Below, piece after piece: positions 60,859-64,000 of a stretch of DNA of 64,000 nucleotides (positions are counted from its first letter, which is position 1; each line of letters opens with the position of its first letter). Made by a program: the position numbers and the translations under genes. Under the pieces are notes generated by a model. That model had not been told where the DNA came from and did no database searches. It saw only the letters and a list, made by a program, of their open reading frames with translations. Source of the stretch: an uncultured delta proteobacterium (GTDB lineage Bacteria; Desulfobacterota; Syntrophia; Syntrophales; UBA2185); the NCBI GenBank assembly GCA_963729715.1, contig CAVSPA010000009.1, positions 31,907 through 95,906 of the forward strand, written 5' to 3'.

Positions 60859-62037
60859 ATGACAAACAGAACCAAGAGAATTTTCATAAGTGACATTCAC
60901 ATGGGTGACAAAAGAAGCACGAAGGATCCGAACCATTATGGCTGGTTCATGGACAATATACCTGTACTGGCGCAATTTCTGGATGAGCAGCTAAACGCTC
61001 GCGATGTGAAGGATGTGGTAATACTGGGTGATCTCTTCGATACGTGGGTGATTCCCGTCGATGAAGACCCGCTCACATCATTCGCTGATATTTGCTCCAA
61101 TCCGGATAATAAACCTGTTATCGACAAACTCAAGGCTCTTGCTAAAAACGTTGACATAAAACTTACCTATGTACCCGGCAATCACGACATGGGCATGAAC
61201 ACTGCCGCAATTTCGGGAACGAAGCAGTTTATGGAGACAACCTTCCCCGGTATCCGTTTCTTTTGTAACAGCTCAGTGCCTTGGGGGCGATACACCGTGG
61301 GGACTCTGGCGGCCGAGCATGGGAACCACTACTGTCTTTTCAATGCCCCGGACATGTGGACAACAACAGGTAGCTTTCTTCCGCTTGGATATTTTATCTC
61401 CCGTATAGTTGCCTACAAAGTCTCAAAGACTGGAACATCGGAAGATTATTATGACATCCTCGTCCGGTTCCTTAAGGATTTTATGAAGGATCCGGATTTT
61501 GTAAAGGACATATTCGAAGCTATTGTTAAGGATGCCGGCCTGAATCCAGACGCTATCGTCAAACTAAATAATGTTCCCGGCTATCCGCCTGATACGCTGA
61601 CTACAGATGGTATTGGTAAGCTCTTTGGCAATCTCACCCAAAATTGGACATGTGCGCCGGTTCATGTTCCGGTTCTGGTAGCTACCCAAGAAGACGCTTT
61701 CGAAGATCTGTCGTCCGCGGCATCCTTGGCCTATTTCAATCAGCTTGATTCCAACGTAAACATCGTCATCTTCGGGCACACCCATCATCCTGACCTAGTC
61801 CCGCGCGACCTGAATCCCCAAGCGGACCCCACTGCCCATGCAAGCGATGACCCTTGGCACTATATCTATGCCAACTGCGGCTCATGGGTAGACGAAAGAT
61901 GGGTGGACAAGGGCGTCAATGTTTGCACCTATGTGGAGACTGAGGAAGATGCAAATAGCGGACTACATTACGTCCGTCTCAAATCCTATACTAAGGACAC
62001 TGTAACTCTAATTAAAGAGGAGTTCGTTAAACTCTGA
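60859..62037 (+). CDS. Calcineurin-like metallophosphoesterase
   Basis: SDIHMG, GDLFD, GNHD, EHG, GHTH, NCGSW. Confidence 0.9.
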   Translation: MTNRTKRIFISDIHMGDKRSTKDPNHYGWFMDNIPVLAQFLDEQLNARDVKDVVILGDLFDTWVIPVDEDPLTSFADICSNPDNKPVIDKLKALAKNVDIKLTYVPGNHDMGMNTAAISGTKQFMETTFPGIRFFCNSSVPWGRYTVGTLAAEHGNHYCLFNAPDMWTTTGSFLPLGYFISRIVAYKVSKTGTSEDYYDILVRFLKDFMKDPDFVKDIFEAIVKDAGLNPDAIVKLNNVPGYPPDTLTTDGIGKLFGNLTQNWTCAPVHVPVLVATQEDAFEDLSSAASLAYFNQLDSNVNIVIFGHTHHPDLVPRDLNPQADPTAHASDDPWHYIYANCGSWVDERWVDKGVNVCTYVETEEDANSGLHYVRLKSYTKDTVTLIKEEFVKL

Positions 62038-62110
62038 GGGCAATCCGCTCAAACTGTAACCAAACGGGTCATGAACAATTTTTCGGTAGACATTCAATTT
62101 GATGTGAACG

Positions 62111-62599
62111 ATGGGGAAAATATCTGAACAAGTTGAAGAAGTGATTCAAATGACAAAAATGTTAAAAAAAGCGCTTCTGTGGTGGCAAAAAACCAGACCG
62201 ATTAAAGATGCTGAACACGTTTTTCTATGCCTTGAAAAGAAAAACTTCTGCATGGAAAGCTATGGCAAGCCTTTTAAGTACAGGCAACATTTTATGGTCA
62301 ATTTATGTGAACGGGCTAAAGTAAAGCCTTTTGGCTTTCACTCAATCCGTCACCTGACTGCATCAACCTTGTACAAACTGGGTTATATGGTTGCAGCTAT
62401 TCAGTCTGTCTTGAGACACGAGAGTGCAACTACCACGGCAAAATACATCAAGTCATTGGGACTTGAAGGCGCACGTTCAGCATTGGAAGCTTTATCGCAA
62501 CAAAAAGGCAGGGTTTTGATTTTCAAACCACGGGAGAAAAATGAGGGAGAAAATCTTTCACAAAAAGAAAAAGCCGTCTCAGGAGCCGTCAACTCCTGA
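62111..62599 (+). pseudogene. C-terminal fragment of island tyrosine integrase
   Basis: FHSIRH, LRHESATTTAKY; lacks N-terminus and first catalytic Arg; ends next to the att site. Confidence 0.82.
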
Positions 62600-62657
62600 A
62601 GCGGCAAATCAAGAGTGATTCGATAATTTGTAACTACTTAAAATAAAGTAACATTTT

Positions 62658-62714
62658 TGGCGTCCCCACCGGGATTCGAACCCGGGTTACCGGCGTGAAA
62701 GGCGCGTGTCCTGG
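62658..62714 (-). tRNA. 3' fragment of tRNA-Glu(TTC), att-site copy (incomplete)
   Basis: rc CCAGGACACGCGC-CTTTCAC-GCCGG...GGGGACGCCA; anticodon stem mispaired, 5' acceptor strand absent. Confidence 0.88.
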
Positions 62715-62888
62715 TTTTAACTAATCCCGAATATTTGCATAATTTCATATATTTCGATATGTTGCAAAAAAGCGTCGTGTAAAATATGGGGTAAATTGTT
62801 ATGATTTTGCATACTGGGAAAAATAATTTTACCCGAAGTTTTACCCCATTTTTTTCAACTCCCTTTCCTCCTGTCCTGCTAATAATGA

Positions 62889-63464
62889 CTATTCTTTGCT
62901 TATTCTTTTTCCTATGGAATGTGCTTTGCCAAGCTCCTTGCCCAGACCAAAGTAATAGCCATATTCAGGGGTATAGGTAATCGGTTTGATTTTCTCTACT
63001 GACAAGGCACCTTTATCATCCAAGAAGTTTTCATCCGCCTTGATATCAAGAATCTCTCCAATAAACTGCGTATGAAGTCCAATCTCATGCGTATGAATGA
63101 GTCGGCATTCAAGGATGAACGGAAATTCCCCGACATAAGGAGCATCCACAAGATCGCTTTTTACAGGGGTTAATCCGCTTCTTGAGAACTTGTCTTCGTT
63201 CCTGCCGGAGGTGATTCCGAAATAATCGACCGCTTCGACATACTTTTCCGAAGGGACATTGACGGTAAAAGCCTTCCGTTCACAGATACTGGCGTAGGTA
63301 TATGTGGCCTTTCTCAGTGAGACGGTTACACAGGGCGGGGAAGAACAGCATATTCCGCCCCATGCTGCGGTCATTACATTGGGGTTCCCATTCTTGTCGT
63401 ATGAACCGATCACTAACACCGGAGCAGGATAAATGATCGTTTTTGCACCAAGTGATTTTCTCAT
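62889..63464 (-). CDS. Flavin reductase/flavoredoxin family protein
   Basis: [44 protein letters not shown]. Confidence 0.9.
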   Translation of the reverse strand: MRKSLGAKTIIYPAPVLVIGSYDKNGNPNVMTAAWGGICCSSPPCVTVSLRKATYTYASICERKAFTVNVPSEKYVEAVDYFGITSGRNEDKFSRSGLTPVKSDLVDAPYVGEFPFILECRLIHTHEIGLHTQFIGEILDIKADENFLDDKGALSVEKIKPITYTPEYGYYFGLGKELGKAHSIGKRISKE

Positions 63465-63991
63465 TGTTTCTTTCCCTCATATCTTTCTGAATGGTCTTTA
63501 TGTTTGTTCCAATTATCAATATAAACTTTTGCCAGTTCCTTATCCTTGATGATTAAAAGATTCTCTGCATTCTTCTCCTCTGCAGCCTTAGTAAAATTAA
63601 AGCTCCCCGTAATGACAGTCTCCCGGTCAATTATCATGATCTTGTTATGCGCTATGGCATGTTTATCATCTATGAAGGTCGGAATGCCGGCATTCACAAG
63701 AAAGGTGGCTGCTGTATATCTTTCTTTCCGCTGACTCTTATCAAGTATTGCTTCCACTTTGACGCCTCTCTTGAAAGCGTCTGTCAGGGCCTTTGCAATT
63801 GGGGCTGATGTAAATGAATATGCTTGGACCAGGATCTCTGATTTGGCGTTGGTGATCTCTTTGACTATGGATTCGGTACACCCGCCATTGGGAGGAAGCA
63901 GACCTTTGTAATTTCAGCTTGGAAAGCGAATACTGTGGTGGCGACAAAGTCGAATCAGGAACGATAAAACTGTGCTGGTGATTTTTTTCAT
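63461..63991 (-). pseudogene. PLD-family (Nuc-like) endonuclease with disrupted 5' region
   Basis: PNGGC, QAYSFTS, HNKIMIID, GSFNFT, NAEN; in-frame TGA at 63914-63916 after ATG 63991. Confidence 0.8.
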
Positions 63992-64000
63992 GGATTTCTC

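Larger units (their letters stand above)
10737..62703. mobile_element. ~52-kb decayed genomic island/ICE remnant integrated at tRNA-Glu
   Basis: 46-bp direct repeats (10737-10782 and 62658-62703), tyrosine integrase remnant next to the right att, TraF remnant, many IS. Confidence 0.8.

Noticed and set aside
62658..62740. Intact tRNA-Glu
   Set aside because: 5' acceptor strand missing and anticodon stem mispaired.
63914..63916. Selenocysteine or TGA read-through in the PLD gene
   Set aside because: The flanking in-frame residues do not look like the family, and an alternative frame fits better.

Overview
Accessory-rich bacterial window; the gene content suggests an anaerobic Desulfobacterota/Syntrophales-like host (inference only). 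The left 10.7 kb holds a zinc-ribbon adenylate cyclase-AAA protein that runs off the left edge, an intact IS21, two redox genes, an IS110/IS1111-type element and two type II TA modules. The IS110 element has a structured right non-coding end and an unusual 71-bp flanking duplication. Positions 10737-62703 are a ~52-kb decayed island bounded by two 3' fragments of tRNA-Glu, apparently one of several tandem islands. The island carries a ~24-kb two-component/c-di-GMP signalling cluster, integrase and TraF remnants, an acid phosphatase ending in an attC-like site, three IS256 copies, IS1182/IS481 pieces, and a signal-peptide-bearing Rhs toxin followed by five orphan toxin-tip/membrane-immunity cassettes. 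Four of these cassettes join, at exactly the same nucleotide, a conserved leader (hairpin, plus a boxA-like box at fixed 71-nt spacing in three of them). This leader and the IS110 guide/target matches are the most novel-looking signals.
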